64,000 bases of DNA, taken from the NCBI GenBank assembly GCA_946616195.1, contig CAMOIP010000004.1:5108-69107 (forward strand), written 5' to 3'. How positions within the stretch are numbered: position 1 is the first letter of the stretch; every line of letters starts with the position of its first letter. Position numbers and translations under genes: made by a program. Positions 1 to 10,245 of the stretch are shown here, in pieces. Below the pieces are notes generated by a model. The model was not told the DNA's origin and did no database searches. It saw only the letters and a list, made by a program, of their open reading frames with translations. This DNA is from an uncultured Clostridia bacterium. Lineage in GTDB: Bacteria > Bacillota > Clostridia > Oscillospirales > Acutalibacteraceae.

Positions 1-830
1 CAGATATTAGCGGCAGTCAGTTTTTAGAGCCCGACGGTATGTTCCCTAACCATATTCCAAACCCCGAAAATAAAGAGGCAATGGAAAGTGTTTGCAAGGC
101 GACAGTAAAGGCAAATGCCGATTTGGGTATTATCTTTGATACCGATGTTGACAGAGCCGGTTGCGTCGATAAATTCGGCAACGAAATCAATAGAAACCGC
201 CTTATTGCATTGGCATCATATATTGCCTTGGGAGCCGAAAAAGGCGGAACGATAGTTACCGATTCTGTTACCTCAGACGGTCTTAAAACTTACATTGAGG
301 AGACTCTCGGCGGAAAGCATTACAGGTACAGAAGAGGATATAAAAATGTTATAGATAAGGCGATAGAGTTATGTAATGAGGGAACTTATTCGCCTCTCGC
401 TATTGAAACTTCAGGCCATGCGGCTCTTAAAGAGAACTATTTCCTTGACGACGGTGCATATCTTATGACAAAGATTGTAATCGAACTCGCTAAGGGAGTT
501 GATTTTGAAAAAATACTTGCTCCTCTTAAAATGCCGGTTGAAGAAAAGGAATTGAGATATAATATCACTGTTCCCGATTTTAAGAGTTACGGGCAAATGG
601 TAATAGAAGAACTCGAAAAGTTTGCACTTAATAACCCAAAATTTAAGGTTGCCGACGACAACCGTGAGGGTATAAGGGTTTCAACCGAAAACGGTTGGTT
701 TTTGTTAAGACTTTCGGTTCACGACCCGGTTATGCCGTTAAATCTTGAAAGTGATGTATCAGGCGGAACCGATAAGGACTTTGCCATTATTAAAGAATTT
801 CTTTCAAAATTTGATGGATTAACACTATAA
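1..830 (+). CDS. Phosphoglucomutase/phosphomannomutase family protein, C-terminal part (5' end lies outside the window)
   Basis: The reading frame is open from the window edge. It shows the FPNHIPNPE sugar-phosphate loop, the metal-binding loop DTDVDRAGCVD, and C-terminal domain III/IV-like sequence. Confidence 0.85.
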   Translation, partial: DISGSQFLEPDGMFPNHIPNPENKEAMESVCKATVKANADLGIIFDTDVDRAGCVDKFGNEINRNRLIALASYIALGAEKGGTIVTDSVTSDGLKTYIEETLGGKHYRYRRGYKNVIDKAIELCNEGTYSPLAIETSGHAALKENYFLDDGAYLMTKIVIELAKGVDFEKILAPLKMPVEEKELRYNITVPDFKSYGQMVIEELEKFALNNPKFKVADDNREGIRVSTENGWFLLRLSVHDPVMPLNLESDVSGGTDKDFAIIKEFLSKFDGLTL

Positions 831-840
831 AAAAATAAGA

Positions 841-864
841 AACCGCCCTAAAAGGGCGGTTTTG
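841..864. terminator. Bidirectional intrinsic terminator hairpin between convergent genes
   Basis: The stem AACCGCCCT-aaa-AGGGCGGTT is flanked by A- and T-runs. Confidence 0.6.
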
Positions 865-870
865 TTATTT

Positions 871-1671
871 TCAGTTATCCCCGCAGTTGTTGTTTACTGC
901 TTTTGGCGGGAAAAAGTCGTCGGTCGGGAATTTAATCTTTCTGAATACATCGCAGGGCTGGTCGGTTGTATCGTCGCACTGCTTTTCGGGTACGCAGAAA
1001 TCATAAACAGGAACGAGCATTTGAACATCTCTTATCAACTGAACTATTGTGAAAAGACCTAAAGTTACATAAACGGTAGGTGTTCCCGGAGCACAGGAAG
1101 TAATGAGCGGAGCACCCATATAATCAATTACCTCTTGCGGAATAAAAGATGCGTTCTGATAGGTATCGTTAAGTGAGCCTATTCTTGCTGTAAGCGGAAC
1201 AGGGTCTACGCACTGCAAAACGCATTTCGGGCTGTTTGAGTTTGCAATAGCGGTTTTGTCGCATGTCGGATTTACTCGCTGGTCGCTTGAGAATACCTGA
1301 ACATTGCCGTCGCTGCCGTACAAAATCACCTTTTTAGAGAAAGACGATATACCGCTTACTTGTGTAGGACAACTGTTAGGTGTTGTGTAGACATCTAAAT
1401 CGTTGAGGAAGAAGAATGTCAGGTCGCAGGAATAAAATCCTTTGTTAAAACTAATCGGTTCAACATCAATTAATACATTAAGTACTTTTGACTTTGTAAG
1501 TTTGACACTTAAAGCGTTATCTATCAAACTTTGAGACTCGCCTGTAAAATAGCACCGTAAATCTTCAAGGCAATCTCTGTCGCAACAAGAATCGTAAACT
1601 CTTCCGGCATCTATGCAAACGGCTTCCTTAAAGGAAGAAGTATCCGCACCGGAAAACCTGTTGTCAGCCAT
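871..1671 (-). CDS. Cysteine-rich hypothetical protein (about 266 aa)
   Basis: This is a long ORF. A GGGAGG Shine-Dalgarno sequence lies just upstream of the internal ATG (MADNRF), so the start was moved from 1686 to 1671. CC, CxxxC and C-terminal Cys clusters are present. I recognise no family. Confidence 0.55.
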   Translation of the reverse strand: MADNRFSGADTSSFKEAVCIDAGRVYDSCCDRDCLEDLRCYFTGESQSLIDNALSVKLTKSKVLNVLIDVEPISFNKGFYSCDLTFFFLNDLDVYTTPNSCPTQVSGISSFSKKVILYGSDGNVQVFSSDQRVNPTCDKTAIANSNSPKCVLQCVDPVPLTARIGSLNDTYQNASFIPQEVIDYMGAPLITSCAPGTPTVYVTLGLFTIVQLIRDVQMLVPVYDFCVPEKQCDDTTDQPCDVFRKIKFPTDDFFPPKAVNNNCGDN

Positions 1672-1742
1672 AAAAAAACCTCCCAAAAATGATTGAAGTC
1701 ATACTTCAATACATAATATGGGCGGTATGTAAAAAATGTGAA

Positions 1743-2246
1743 TTAAACTTCTTCCCAGCGATAATTATGAAGTTGACCTTCATTTTGAAGGGACGGGTAG
1801 TCCCATTGCCTTAAAACTTCATAAACCGCTATGGCAACAGAGTTTGAAAGGTTTAAACTGCGTATATCGTATGCCATAGGAATGCGAACGCATTCGTCCG
1901 GGTGTTTGATAAGCAACTCTTCGGGCAAACCTTTTGTTTCCTTGCCGAAGAAAAGATAACAGTCGTCAGGATAAGAAACTTCCGAATGAGTTTTTCTTCC
2001 CTTTGTTGTGAAAAAGAAAAACTGACCTCTGTTTTTTGAAAAGAAATCTTCAAGATTATCGTAATATGTTATATCAAGATAATGCCAGTAGTCAAGCCCT
2101 GCTCTTTTAAGTTTTTTATCGTCAATTTTAAAGCCCATAGGACCTACAAGATGTAGCCTTGCACCCGTTGCAGCACAGGTCCTCGCAACATTTCCGGTGT
2201 TTTGCGGAATTTCCGGCTCAACCATAACTATATTTATTCTTGCCAT
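1743..2246 (-). CDS. trmL: tRNA (cytidine/uridine-2'-O-)-methyltransferase TrmL (SpoU/TrmH family)
   Basis: The N-terminus MARINIVMVEPEIPQNTGNVARTCAATG, the size of about 165 aa, and the C-terminal SLNLSNSVAIAVYE knot motif fit TrmL. Confidence 0.88.
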   Translation of the reverse strand: MARINIVMVEPEIPQNTGNVARTCAATGARLHLVGPMGFKIDDKKLKRAGLDYWHYLDITYYDNLEDFFSKNRGQFFFFTTKGRKTHSEVSYPDDCYLFFGKETKGLPEELLIKHPDECVRIPMAYDIRSLNLSNSVAIAVYEVLRQWDYPSLQNEGQLHNYRWEEV

Positions 2247-2343
2247 TTAATCACCGCATAAAATTATAAAATGAAAATTACTTCTTGTCAACCGCTAAAA
2301 CTGTATATATAATATAAGTATAATTGTTTTGGAGTGATTTAGC

Positions 2344-2952
2344 GTGAAAAAATATGAGAGCATCTTAAAGAGGGTTGAACAGGTCGAGCACAAACTCGGT
2401 GTTTCCTATGCTAAAACCGACGGAAAACTTTATAAAACAATGTGGATAATTGATTTGCTCGGAGTTATTTATTTAGGTCTTGTAAATATTCTTCTTATTT
2501 TAAGTACGATTTTAAATGCAAGTGCAGGAAATAAAGGCTTTTTCAGTAATCAGACGCTTGTCCTTATAGCTGTTTCGACAGTTCTTGAAATCGTAAGTAT
2601 TATATTCAGCAAGAAAAATCTTAAAATTATCGGCGGTATATTGGGTCTTATCCCTGTTCCTTATTTGATTTATGTATTTTATAAGGCTTGTTACAGTTTC
2701 GGTCAGGGTCTTTTTAACCTTAAAACGATTTTTTATACAAGACATTTGCCGAGTATAGTTTTGATAACTGTTGCACTATGTATTATGCTTTTCGTAGCAT
2801 TAAGGCAGAGAATAAGGGTTGATAAAAGTTATAAGCGAATACTTTCTAACCTTTATGAAAACTATAAAAATGAGCATAAGGGCGAAACATTTGATGTTTC
2901 GGACGAGGAATGGGAAGAATTTATTGTAAGTTATAGCCCCGAGAAGTTTTAA
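2344..2952 (+). CDS. Hypothetical integral membrane protein
   Basis: The 202-aa ORF starts at GTG and has several hydrophobic segments. A terminator hairpin follows it (ATGCCGTCCG..GGGCGGCAT). Confidence 0.5.
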   Translation: MKKYESILKRVEQVEHKLGVSYAKTDGKLYKTMWIIDLLGVIYLGLVNILLILSTILNASAGNKGFFSNQTLVLIAVSTVLEIVSIIFSKKNLKIIGGILGLIPVPYLIYVFYKACYSFGQGLFNLKTIFYTRHLPSIVLITVALCIMLFVALRQRIRVDKSYKRILSNLYENYKNEHKGETFDVSDEEWEEFIVSYSPEKF

Positions 2953-3110
2953 ACAACTTATGCCGTCCGTTTTGGGCGGCATCTTTACTGTATAAGACAA
3001 GGCTTGCACCTAAAAACAATATTGTAAACAAACTGTAAATTATATTCTTAAATGGTTTTTTTAATTTTTCCCTTGCTTTTTTCCGAAAAAGTTATATAAT
3101 AGTAACAGAA

Positions 3111-4382
3111 GTGTTACAAATTTGTAACTTTTTTGGAGGTGCTACTATTTTTACTTCTCTTATGGATATGATAAAAAATAGTTTTGCCCGTGTTACCGAT
3201 TGGTACAAGGGAGTTAATAGATATATAAAAACGGGAGCCTTTTTGGCAGTTGCCGTGTTTTGCGTTGTTGTCGCATTAGTAGGCTCCGGTATAGGCTTTG
3301 GATACAGTGTAAAATATAACGGTCAAAAAATTGCCGTTATAGAGGACAAAGATATTTATTGGGAAGCGGTTAAGAATGTCGAAAACAAGGTTTCGGGGGA
3401 TAATATAAAAAAGGTTTTATCATCTCCTGAATTTTCATTGACGCTTACATTGCTTTCCTCTACCCAAAAGGATAAAAACATAATTTCCGACGGTATTATA
3501 AAAAACACAAAGGAAATTGTAAACGGTGTTAAGGCTACGGTAAACGATAAGTCATATATTTTTGCCGTGGAAAACAAGAATGATATAGTCGAAAACTATC
3601 TTTCAAAATATGATGTAGGGTCAATTTCGTCAAAGTCTGCCTTTGTCGGCGATGTAAATTTTGAGGACGGACTTTTTCTCTTGTCGGATACCGAAAAGGA
3701 AACTACCCTCAATTCTTTGCTTGATACGGTAGATGTAATAACCGTGGCAAATGTTGTCAGCAGTAAAGAAACCGATTATAATACGATTGAGGTAAGAACA
3801 AGTGAACTTGTAAAGGGTACTACGCAGGTAAAATGTGAGGGTGCCAAAGGCACAAACCAGGTTGTAGAAGAAGTAAGTTTCTTAAACGGCGTAGAAACCG
3901 GCAGGGTTACTCTTTCGGAAGATGTAATCACGAAACCTGTTGACAGGGTTGTCCTTGTAGGCACTTCAGCAAATGTTCAGACCGCCCAAAATAACACAGT
4001 AGCCCATAACAGCGGGTTTATTTTCCCGATTTGGGACGCATATAAATTAGGTTCGCCTTTCGGGGACGGAAGAGCCCACAAGGGTTATGATATATTAGCC
4101 GACAAAGGAACTCCTATTCATGTTGCAAAAAGCGGTACTGTAATAAGAGCATCATGGTACGGCGGATACGGTAACTGCGTTGATGTTGACCACGGAAACG
4201 GCATCGTAACAAGATACGGTCATGCGAGTGAGTTTTGTTGCAGAGTAGGTCAGACCGTATCGGCAGGGGATGTCATAGCCAAGGTAGGCACAACCGGAAA
4301 CTCAAGCGGAAATCATGTCCATTTTGAGGTTATTATAAACGGCAACCGTGTAGACCCGGCACCGTATCTCAATATAAATTAA
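3111..4382 (+). CDS. M23 family metallopeptidase with a G5-like domain and N-terminal membrane anchor
   Basis: The C-terminus carries HKGYDI...VDHGNG...GHASEF...GNSSGNHVHFEV, the M23/LytM signature. The mid region KGTTQVKCEGAKGTNQVVEEVSFLNGVETGRV is G5-like. The start is uncertain; internal ATGs lie at 3162 and 3168. Confidence 0.82.
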   Translation: MLQICNFFGGATIFTSLMDMIKNSFARVTDWYKGVNRYIKTGAFLAVAVFCVVVALVGSGIGFGYSVKYNGQKIAVIEDKDIYWEAVKNVENKVSGDNIKKVLSSPEFSLTLTLLSSTQKDKNIISDGIIKNTKEIVNGVKATVNDKSYIFAVENKNDIVENYLSKYDVGSISSKSAFVGDVNFEDGLFLLSDTEKETTLNSLLDTVDVITVANVVSSKETDYNTIEVRTSELVKGTTQVKCEGAKGTNQVVEEVSFLNGVETGRVTLSEDVITKPVDRVVLVGTSANVQTAQNNTVAHNSGFIFPIWDAYKLGSPFGDGRAHKGYDILADKGTPIHVAKSGTVIRASWYGGYGNCVDVDHGNGIVTRYGHASEFCCRVGQTVSAGDVIAKVGTTGNSSGNHVHFEVIINGNRVDPAPYLNIN

Positions 4383-4456
4383 AAATATTTCTTGCATTCG
4401 GTAAGGCTTTTTTATATAATAATTATACTTGCTATTTAATGTGGAGGTATAAATCA

Positions 4457-4786
4457 ATGAATATTGGAAATTTTTTGTTGGATGCGGCGGCTAAAACAAG
4501 CGGTAATGCTACGTATTCTACCTTGTTTACCGTTGGTTATCTTATTGTTATCGTCGGCATTATGTATTTCTTACTTATCCGCCCTCAGCGCAAGAAAACA
4601 AAAGAAGAAAAGAAGATGCGTGAGAATTTGCAGGTTGGCGATGATATTGTAACAATCGGCGGTATCTACGGCAAGGTTATTTCTTTAAAAGAAGATACTA
4701 TTGTTATTGAGTCTAAAAGCGACCATAGCAAGATTACAATCGCTCGTTGGGCATTACAACAGAACTTGACTGTTCACGACGACTAA
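4457..4786 (+). CDS. yajC: Preprotein translocase subunit YajC
   Basis: It has a single TM segment followed by LIRPQRKK...VGDDIVTIGGIYGKV. GGAGG lies 9 nt upstream of the ATG at 4457. Confidence 0.85.
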   Translation: MNIGNFLLDAAAKTSGNATYSTLFTVGYLIVIVGIMYFLLIRPQRKKTKEEKKMRENLQVGDDIVTIGGIYGKVISLKEDTIVIESKSDHSKITIARWALQQNLTVHDD

Positions 4787-4845
4787 AAAGAATAGTAATA
4801 AATAAATATCCCTTCGCAGTATAATGTACTGCGGAGGGATTTTTT

Positions 4846-5226
4846 ATGAAAATCAAAGTAAATAAGAATTATTTATTGGGAATAAGTATCGGCATTGCGG
4901 TTTGCATAGCCGCAATATGCCTTTTTGCACTTATAATGTTGGTCTTTAAAATCGACAGGGCATATTCTTCGTTTTTCGGTACAATAAGCGTATCGCTCGG
5001 AGCCTTTTTCTCGTCATTTTACATTGCCGGTAAAACAGGCTCAAAAGGATATTTGGTTGGTATTATTACGGGGTTTGCTTATTTTGCCGTAATTACACTT
5101 TTATCGTTTATTATAACAAAAAGCCATATCGGTTCAAATACGGCTTTTCACTTTGTAATTATTCTGTTGTCGTCAACCGTCGGCGGAATTATCGGAGTAA
5201 ACAAAAGGAAAACTAAAATATTATAA
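4846..5226 (+). CDS. Small integral membrane protein (4 predicted TM segments)
   Basis: The 126-aa hydrophobic ORF is preceded by a terminator hairpin from yajC. Confidence 0.55.
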   Translation: MKIKVNKNYLLGISIGIAVCIAAICLFALIMLVFKIDRAYSSFFGTISVSLGAFFSSFYIAGKTGSKGYLVGIITGFAYFAVITLLSFIITKSHIGSNTAFHFVIILLSSTVGGIIGVNKRKTKIL

Positions 5227-5521
5227 GTTCCGAAAGGAAAACCGATATAATCGAAACTGCCGAAACAAAAATAAGACTTTTGCCGAAATACCCTGCTATA
5301 ATTGCAACTGCAAACCCGATTAAAGCGGAATAAATACTGCTTGTGGAATGAAGAATATCGGGGAATACCATAACCGCAAGGGTTACAAACGGAACATAAT
5401 AAAGAAAAGATTTAATATATTTGTTCTTAATTTCCTTGCGGATAAGTGCTAACGGCAACATTCTTATTAAGTATGTAACCAAAGCCATAACGAGGATATA
5501 GATATAAACATTTCCGCTCAT
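5213..5521 (-). CDS. azlD: Branched-chain amino acid transporter small subunit AzlD
   Basis: This 102-aa hydrophobic protein overlaps the upstream AzlC-like gene by 4 nt, the classic azlCD arrangement. Confidence 0.72.
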   Translation of the reverse strand: MSGNVYIYILVMALVTYLIRMLPLALIRKEIKNKYIKSFLYYVPFVTLAVMVFPDILHSTSSIYSALIGFAVAIIAGYFGKSLIFVSAVSIISVFLSELIIF

Positions 5522-6228
5522 TTTGTTTCCTCGCTTTCTTCGATCGGTTTTATAAATGCAGCGATACCTGCTAATAAAACGGTCAAAATAATAATTCGAA
5601 AACCCGAAGAAATGTTTTTTAAATACGGCAGATAGGAAATAAGCATACTTAAAATCATAGATATTAAAATCAAAACTGCAATAAATTTGTTTTTTCGGGC
5701 GGGGGGAAGAATAATTGCAATAAACATACCGTATAAAGCGATGCCGAATGCACTAAGCACACTTTCAGGAAGAAGCGACCCTGAAAGAGAGCCTAATAGC
5801 GTACCGCCAACCCATCCGGGGAGTGCGGCGGAAATTACGCCGTAGCAATACGAGGGGGAGAGTTTATCGGGGTATAACGAGCAAACGGCGAAAACTTCGT
5901 CGGTATTTCCGAAAGCAATTAAAAAACGGTGTATTACAGGCATATTCTTTTTGAATTTCTGCGTAAGAGAGGAAGACATAAGGCAGTATCTTAGATTTAT
6001 GATAAACTGCGTCAGAGCCATTTCAAAATATGATAGCGAACCGCTTATTATGGAAAGGGCGGCAAACTGTCCGGCAGATGTGAAATTAGTGGCGGAAATC
6101 AAAACGGCTTGAAACGGGAGTAAACCACTGCTTACAGCCGATATTCCGAATGTAAATGAAACGGCAAAATATCCGAGAAATATCGGGAAACCGTCCTTCA
6201 AACCTTTTAGATACAGGGAATTTTTCAA
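5518..6228 (-). CDS. azlC: AzlC family branched-chain amino acid permease component
   Basis: It is a 236-aa polytopic protein. The N-terminal GLKDGFPIFLGYFAVSFTFGI is AzlC-like. Confidence 0.82.
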   Translation of the reverse strand: MKNSLYLKGLKDGFPIFLGYFAVSFTFGISAVSSGLLPFQAVLISATNFTSAGQFAALSIISGSLSYFEMALTQFIINLRYCLMSSSLTQKFKKNMPVIHRFLIAFGNTDEVFAVCSLYPDKLSPSYCYGVISAALPGWVGGTLLGSLSGSLLPESVLSAFGIALYGMFIAIILPPARKNKFIAVLILISMILSMLISYLPYLKNISSGFRIIILTVLLAGIAAFIKPIEESEETK

Positions 6229-6257
6229 CTTTTAAACCTCATAATAAAAATTTAAAA

Positions 6258-6285
6258 TTCCGCCGCAAACAAAGTGCGGCGGAAG
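6258..6285. terminator. Bidirectional terminator hairpin
   Basis: The stem is TTCCGCCGCA-aacaaag-TGCGGCGGAA. Confidence 0.55.
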
Positions 6286-6303
6286 ATTTTTAATTTAGTT
6301 CTT

Positions 6304-6597
6304 TTAGTCTTTTAATGCTCTTTCAAGCCAAGTAAAGCCTAAATCGAGAGCATCAAACAATGTATCTTTTGTGCTTTCTTTGACCTTGCTGTCTTTCTCG
6401 GACAAATCGCTTTTTAAAAGTTCGATTTTAACCTTGTCTGCAATGTCGAGTTTGCCGTCATTGGCAGTAGAAAGAATAGTGAACTTAACTATAAATTTTT
6501 CGGATGTATCACCGTAGTAAATTTCTTTTCCCTTTCTTACTAACGGTTTACCTTTGTATGTTAAAAAATTATTCTCGGCCATTTTGTTTTTCTCCAA
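6304..6597 (-). CDS. Small hypothetical protein
   Basis: The 97-aa ORF is tightly packed after the upstream small ORF. I recognise no family. Confidence 0.45.
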   Translation of the reverse strand: MEKNKMAENNFLTYKGKPLVRKGKEIYYGDTSEKFIVKFTILSTANDGKLDIADKVKIELLKSDLSEKDSKVKESTKDTLFDALDLGFTWLERALKD

Positions 6598-6600
6598 ATT

Positions 6601-6867
6601 TTATTTTTCCTCTTCGGGAAATTCACCGTATAAGTTAAACCTGAAAAGCATAGTTTCGTCTTCTTGGTTTGTGCAACGGATTTTTGCAACATTTATTTCG
6701 GGGTTTGAAAGAATGGTAGCGAGTCCGATCATTTGGCAAAGTTTAGATTTAAGATTTAAAATATCGCCCTCTTCTGTTTCAAGGTAAACATCACCTTTGC
6801 AAGAGTCGATTGCCTTTATAAACTCCTCAAAATCAATGTTATGTAATTCGATATTTCTTGTATCCAT
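6601..6867 (-). CDS. Small acidic hypothetical protein
   Basis: AAGGAG lies 9 nt upstream of the internal ATG (MDTRNIEL), so the start was moved to 6867. Confidence 0.5.
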   Translation of the reverse strand: MDTRNIELHNIDFEEFIKAIDSCKGDVYLETEEGDILNLKSKLCQMIGLATILSNPEINVAKIRCTNQEDETMLFRFNLYGEFPEEEK

Positions 6868-7049
6868 ACCTACACACTCCTTTATTCTTACTATATAGAA
6901 GTATAAACTATACATAATAATATGTCAAGAAGTTAAATATTAATATATTTTCAACAAGAATATTTTAAAATGGGTTTTTAAGTTGACATTTAGGCAAAAT
7001 TTGGGTACTATTATAGTTGGTGAATTTTGGTCTTTCGGAGGACGAGAGT

Positions 7050-8447
7050 ATGGAAAATACTAAAAAAACAATGGATGCAATAGTAAATCTCGCAAAGGGA
7101 AGAGGATTTGTATATCCGGGTAGTGAAATCTACGGCGGACTTGCAAATACTTGGGATTACGGTCCTTTAGGTGCAGAACTTAAAAGCAATATTAAAAAAG
7201 CATGGTGGAAAAAATTCGTTCAGGAAAACCCTTATAATGTAGGTCTTGATGCGGCTATTCTTATGAACCCTCAAACATGGGTGGCTTCGGGCCACTTGGC
7301 AGGATTTTCTGACCCTTTGATGGATTGCAGAGAGTGCCACGAGCGTTTCAGAGCCGATAAAATTATCGAAGACTGGTGTGCTGAGAATAGTTTTGAACTT
7401 TCAAAACCTATCGACGCATTTTCTCAGGAAGAAATGAAGAATTTTATCGAAGAGCATAACATTAAGTGCCCGACATGCGGTAAGCATAATTTTACAGATA
7501 TTCGTCAGTTTAACCTTATGTTCAAAACATTTCAGGGTGTAACCGAGGATGCAAAAAATACTGTATATCTCCGCCCTGAAACAGCACAGGGTATATTTGT
7601 GAATTTCCCGAATGTTCAGAGAACTTCAAGAAAGAAACTTCCGTTTGGTATCGGTCAGATAGGTAAATCTTTCCGTAATGAAATTACTCCCGGAAACTTT
7701 ATTTTCCGTGTCCGTGAATTTGAGCAGATGGAACTTGAATTTTTCTGCAAACCCGATACAGACCTTGAATGGTTTGATTACTGGCGTTCTTTCTGTAAAA
7801 ATTGGCTTCTTACTATCGGTATTAAAGAGGAAAACCTTCGTTTAAGAGACCACGATAAGGATGAACTTTCATTTTACTCTAAGGCTACTACCGACTTTGA
7901 ATTTTTGTTCCCGTTCGGCTGGGGCGAACTTTGGGGAGTTGCCGACAGAACCGACTATGATTTAACCCAACATCAGAATACATCCGGCAAAGATTTAACA
8001 TATTTTGACCCCGAAACAAACGAACATTATATCCCTTATGTTATAGAGCCGAGTCTTGGTGTCGAGAGGGCATTTTTGGCTGTTCTTTGCGATGCTTATG
8101 ACGAAGAGCAGGACGAAAAGGGCGATAACAGAACAGTCCTTCATTTCCACCCGTTCCTCGCTCCTTTCAAGGCCGCCGTTTTACCGCTTTCAAAGAAACT
8201 TTCCGAAAACGCAATGGAAGTTTACAACGAACTTGCCAAGGACTTTATGGTTGATTTTGACGATGCAGGTTCTATCGGTAAGCGTTACAGAAGGGAAGAC
8301 GAAATCGGAACTCCGTTCTGTATTACCTACGATTTTGACAGTTTAGAGGATAACTGCGTAACGGTCAGAGACCGTGATACAATGGAACAAGTCAGAATTA
8401 AAATATCGGAGCTTAAAGCATATATTGAAGAAAAAATCAAATTATAA
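7050..8447 (+). CDS. glyQS: Glycine--tRNA ligase (alpha2 homodimeric type)
   Basis: The sequence [41 protein letters not shown] is GlyRS-like, with class II motifs ([25 protein letters not shown]). GGAGG lies upstream of the ATG at 7050. Confidence 0.95.
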   Translation: MENTKKTMDAIVNLAKGRGFVYPGSEIYGGLANTWDYGPLGAELKSNIKKAWWKKFVQENPYNVGLDAAILMNPQTWVASGHLAGFSDPLMDCRECHERFRADKIIEDWCAENSFELSKPIDAFSQEEMKNFIEEHNIKCPTCGKHNFTDIRQFNLMFKTFQGVTEDAKNTVYLRPETAQGIFVNFPNVQRTSRKKLPFGIGQIGKSFRNEITPGNFIFRVREFEQMELEFFCKPDTDLEWFDYWRSFCKNWLLTIGIKEENLRLRDHDKDELSFYSKATTDFEFLFPFGWGELWGVADRTDYDLTQHQNTSGKDLTYFDPETNEHYIPYVIEPSLGVERAFLAVLCDAYDEEQDEKGDNRTVLHFHPFLAPFKAAVLPLSKKLSENAMEVYNELAKDFMVDFDDAGSIGKRYRREDEIGTPFCITYDFDSLEDNCVTVRDRDTMEQVRIKISELKAYIEEKIKL

Positions 8448-8466
8448 TTATATCGGAGGATAATAA

Positions 8467-10215
8467 ATGTCTTCAACTGATATTCTCTCTATGTTAGCAC
8501 TACTGCTCGGTGGTCTTACATTCTTCCTTTTCGGAATGAGTGTAATGTCGGGTGGACTTGAACAAATGGCTGGTGGCGGACTTGAGCGAACACTTAAAAA
8601 GGTTGGCAAAAATGACTTTTTAGGCTTTACGCTCGGTACTGGAATTACCGTTGCTATTCAGTCGTCCTCTGCTATGACTGTTATGCTTGTCGGTCTTGTA
8701 AACTCCGGAATTTTAGAATTTTCGGATACATTCGGTATGATTATGGGCTCCCATGTCGGAACTACACTTACCGCTTGGATACTGACGCTTAATGCCAACA
8801 CCGGCAACAACTTTTTTATGATGCTCTTAAAACCGATGACATTTGCACCAATTCTTGCATTTGCGGGAATTGCGATGCGTATGTTTTCAAAGAATACCAA
8901 AAAGCAAAAACTCGGCGATATATTTATAGGCTTTGCGGTTTTGATGGTCGGTATGAATATGATGAGCGACTCAATGGCGGATATAAAGAAGTATTCGAGC
9001 TTTTTAACCCTGTTTTCTAATTTGCCTATAATCGCTTTTTTGGTTTCAACTCTATTTACGGGAATTATACAGTCTTCCGCTGCAACCGTGGCGATTGTTC
9101 AGGCTATTGCCCTTTCGGTCGGAATGGACTATGCGGCGGCAATTCCGCTTGTAATCGGTGCTAATATCGGTACTTGTATGACTGCTATCATTTCAAGTAT
9201 CGGCACTAATAAGAACGCAAAACGAGTTGTTGCAATGCATGTTTATACAAATGCCATCGGCGGTGTAGCCTGTATGATAGCATTGTATATTGTTATGGCA
9301 ATTAGTCCCGATATATTAAAACATCCAATTAACATTTTCGGTGTCGCAATAGTTCACTCAATGTTTAATATCATAAATACCGTTGCGTTTATGCCACTTA
9401 AAAAACCGATGCTTAAACTCTGTGAAAAAACCGTTAGCAGAAGCAATGATGAAAAGCATACCGTATTTTTGGACGAGCGTTTGTTTAATAATACTCCTCT
9501 TGCAATTTCGGAATGTAAACGCCTTGCGACCGAAATGGCAGAACTTACCAAAACTTCGGTATTTGAGGCTTTGGGTATTCTTAAAAAATACGATGAGGCA
9601 ACAGCACAAAAAATTGAATACGACGAGTCTTTAGTTGATAAATATGAGGACAGGCTCGGAACATATCTCGTTAAACTGAGTGCTAATTCTTTGACAGAAA
9701 ATGACTCGCATTATGTAGCAAGAATGCTTCACGGCATAGGTGATTTTGAAAGAATTTCCGACCACGCATTAAATCTTCGTGATTTAGCCAAAGAGATTAA
9801 AGAAAAACGAATAGTTTTTTCCGAAGATGCAAAGCAGGAAATCGACAATATTTCCAATGCTTTGGTTGAAATTGTAACTATTACGGTCGATTCATTTATT
9901 TCAGATGACACCGAAAAAGCGGCACATGTTGAACCGCTTGAACAGATTATAGACGAACTTATAAGCAAATTGAAATCCGCTCATATTGACCGTCTGCAAA
10001 AGGGCGAATGCACAACGCAACTCGGATTTGTTTTCTCCGACCTGCTTACGAATTACGAGCGTATATCGGACCATTGCTCAAATCTCGCTGTTTTCACTAT
10101 GCAACTTGACAGCGAAAAACTTGATGCACATAAATACTTGAACTCGCTAAAAACAATGGATAACCCGAAATTTGCAGAAGATTATAATATGTACGGACGC
10201 AAGTATTTAACATAA
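8467..10215 (+). CDS. Na+/phosphate cotransporter family protein with C-terminal PhoU-like repeats
   Basis: The N-terminal half shows duplicated NptA repeats (QSSSA.. twice). The C-terminal half has two ERISDH motifs. Confidence 0.88.
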   Translation: MSSTDILSMLALLLGGLTFFLFGMSVMSGGLEQMAGGGLERTLKKVGKNDFLGFTLGTGITVAIQSSSAMTVMLVGLVNSGILEFSDTFGMIMGSHVGTTLTAWILTLNANTGNNFFMMLLKPMTFAPILAFAGIAMRMFSKNTKKQKLGDIFIGFAVLMVGMNMMSDSMADIKKYSSFLTLFSNLPIIAFLVSTLFTGIIQSSAATVAIVQAIALSVGMDYAAAIPLVIGANIGTCMTAIISSIGTNKNAKRVVAMHVYTNAIGGVACMIALYIVMAISPDILKHPINIFGVAIVHSMFNIINTVAFMPLKKPMLKLCEKTVSRSNDEKHTVFLDERLFNNTPLAISECKRLATEMAELTKTSVFEALGILKKYDEATAQKIEYDESLVDKYEDRLGTYLVKLSANSLTENDSHYVARMLHGIGDFERISDHALNLRDLAKEIKEKRIVFSEDAKQEIDNISNALVEIVTITVDSFISDDTEKAAHVEPLEQIIDELISKLKSAHIDRLQKGECTTQLGFVFSDLLTNYERISDHCSNLAVFTMQLDSEKLDAHKYLNSLKTMDNPKFAEDYNMYGRKYLT

Positions 10216-10245
10216 CTAAAGACCAAATATCCAAAGGAGAAATTT

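Noticed and set aside
6916-7049. An expected T-box leader upstream of glyQS.
   Set aside because: Only about 130 nt are available. They contain a promoter (TTGACA..TATTAT) and an SD but no AGAGA, specifier or T-box sequence, so this glyQS appears not to be T-box regulated.
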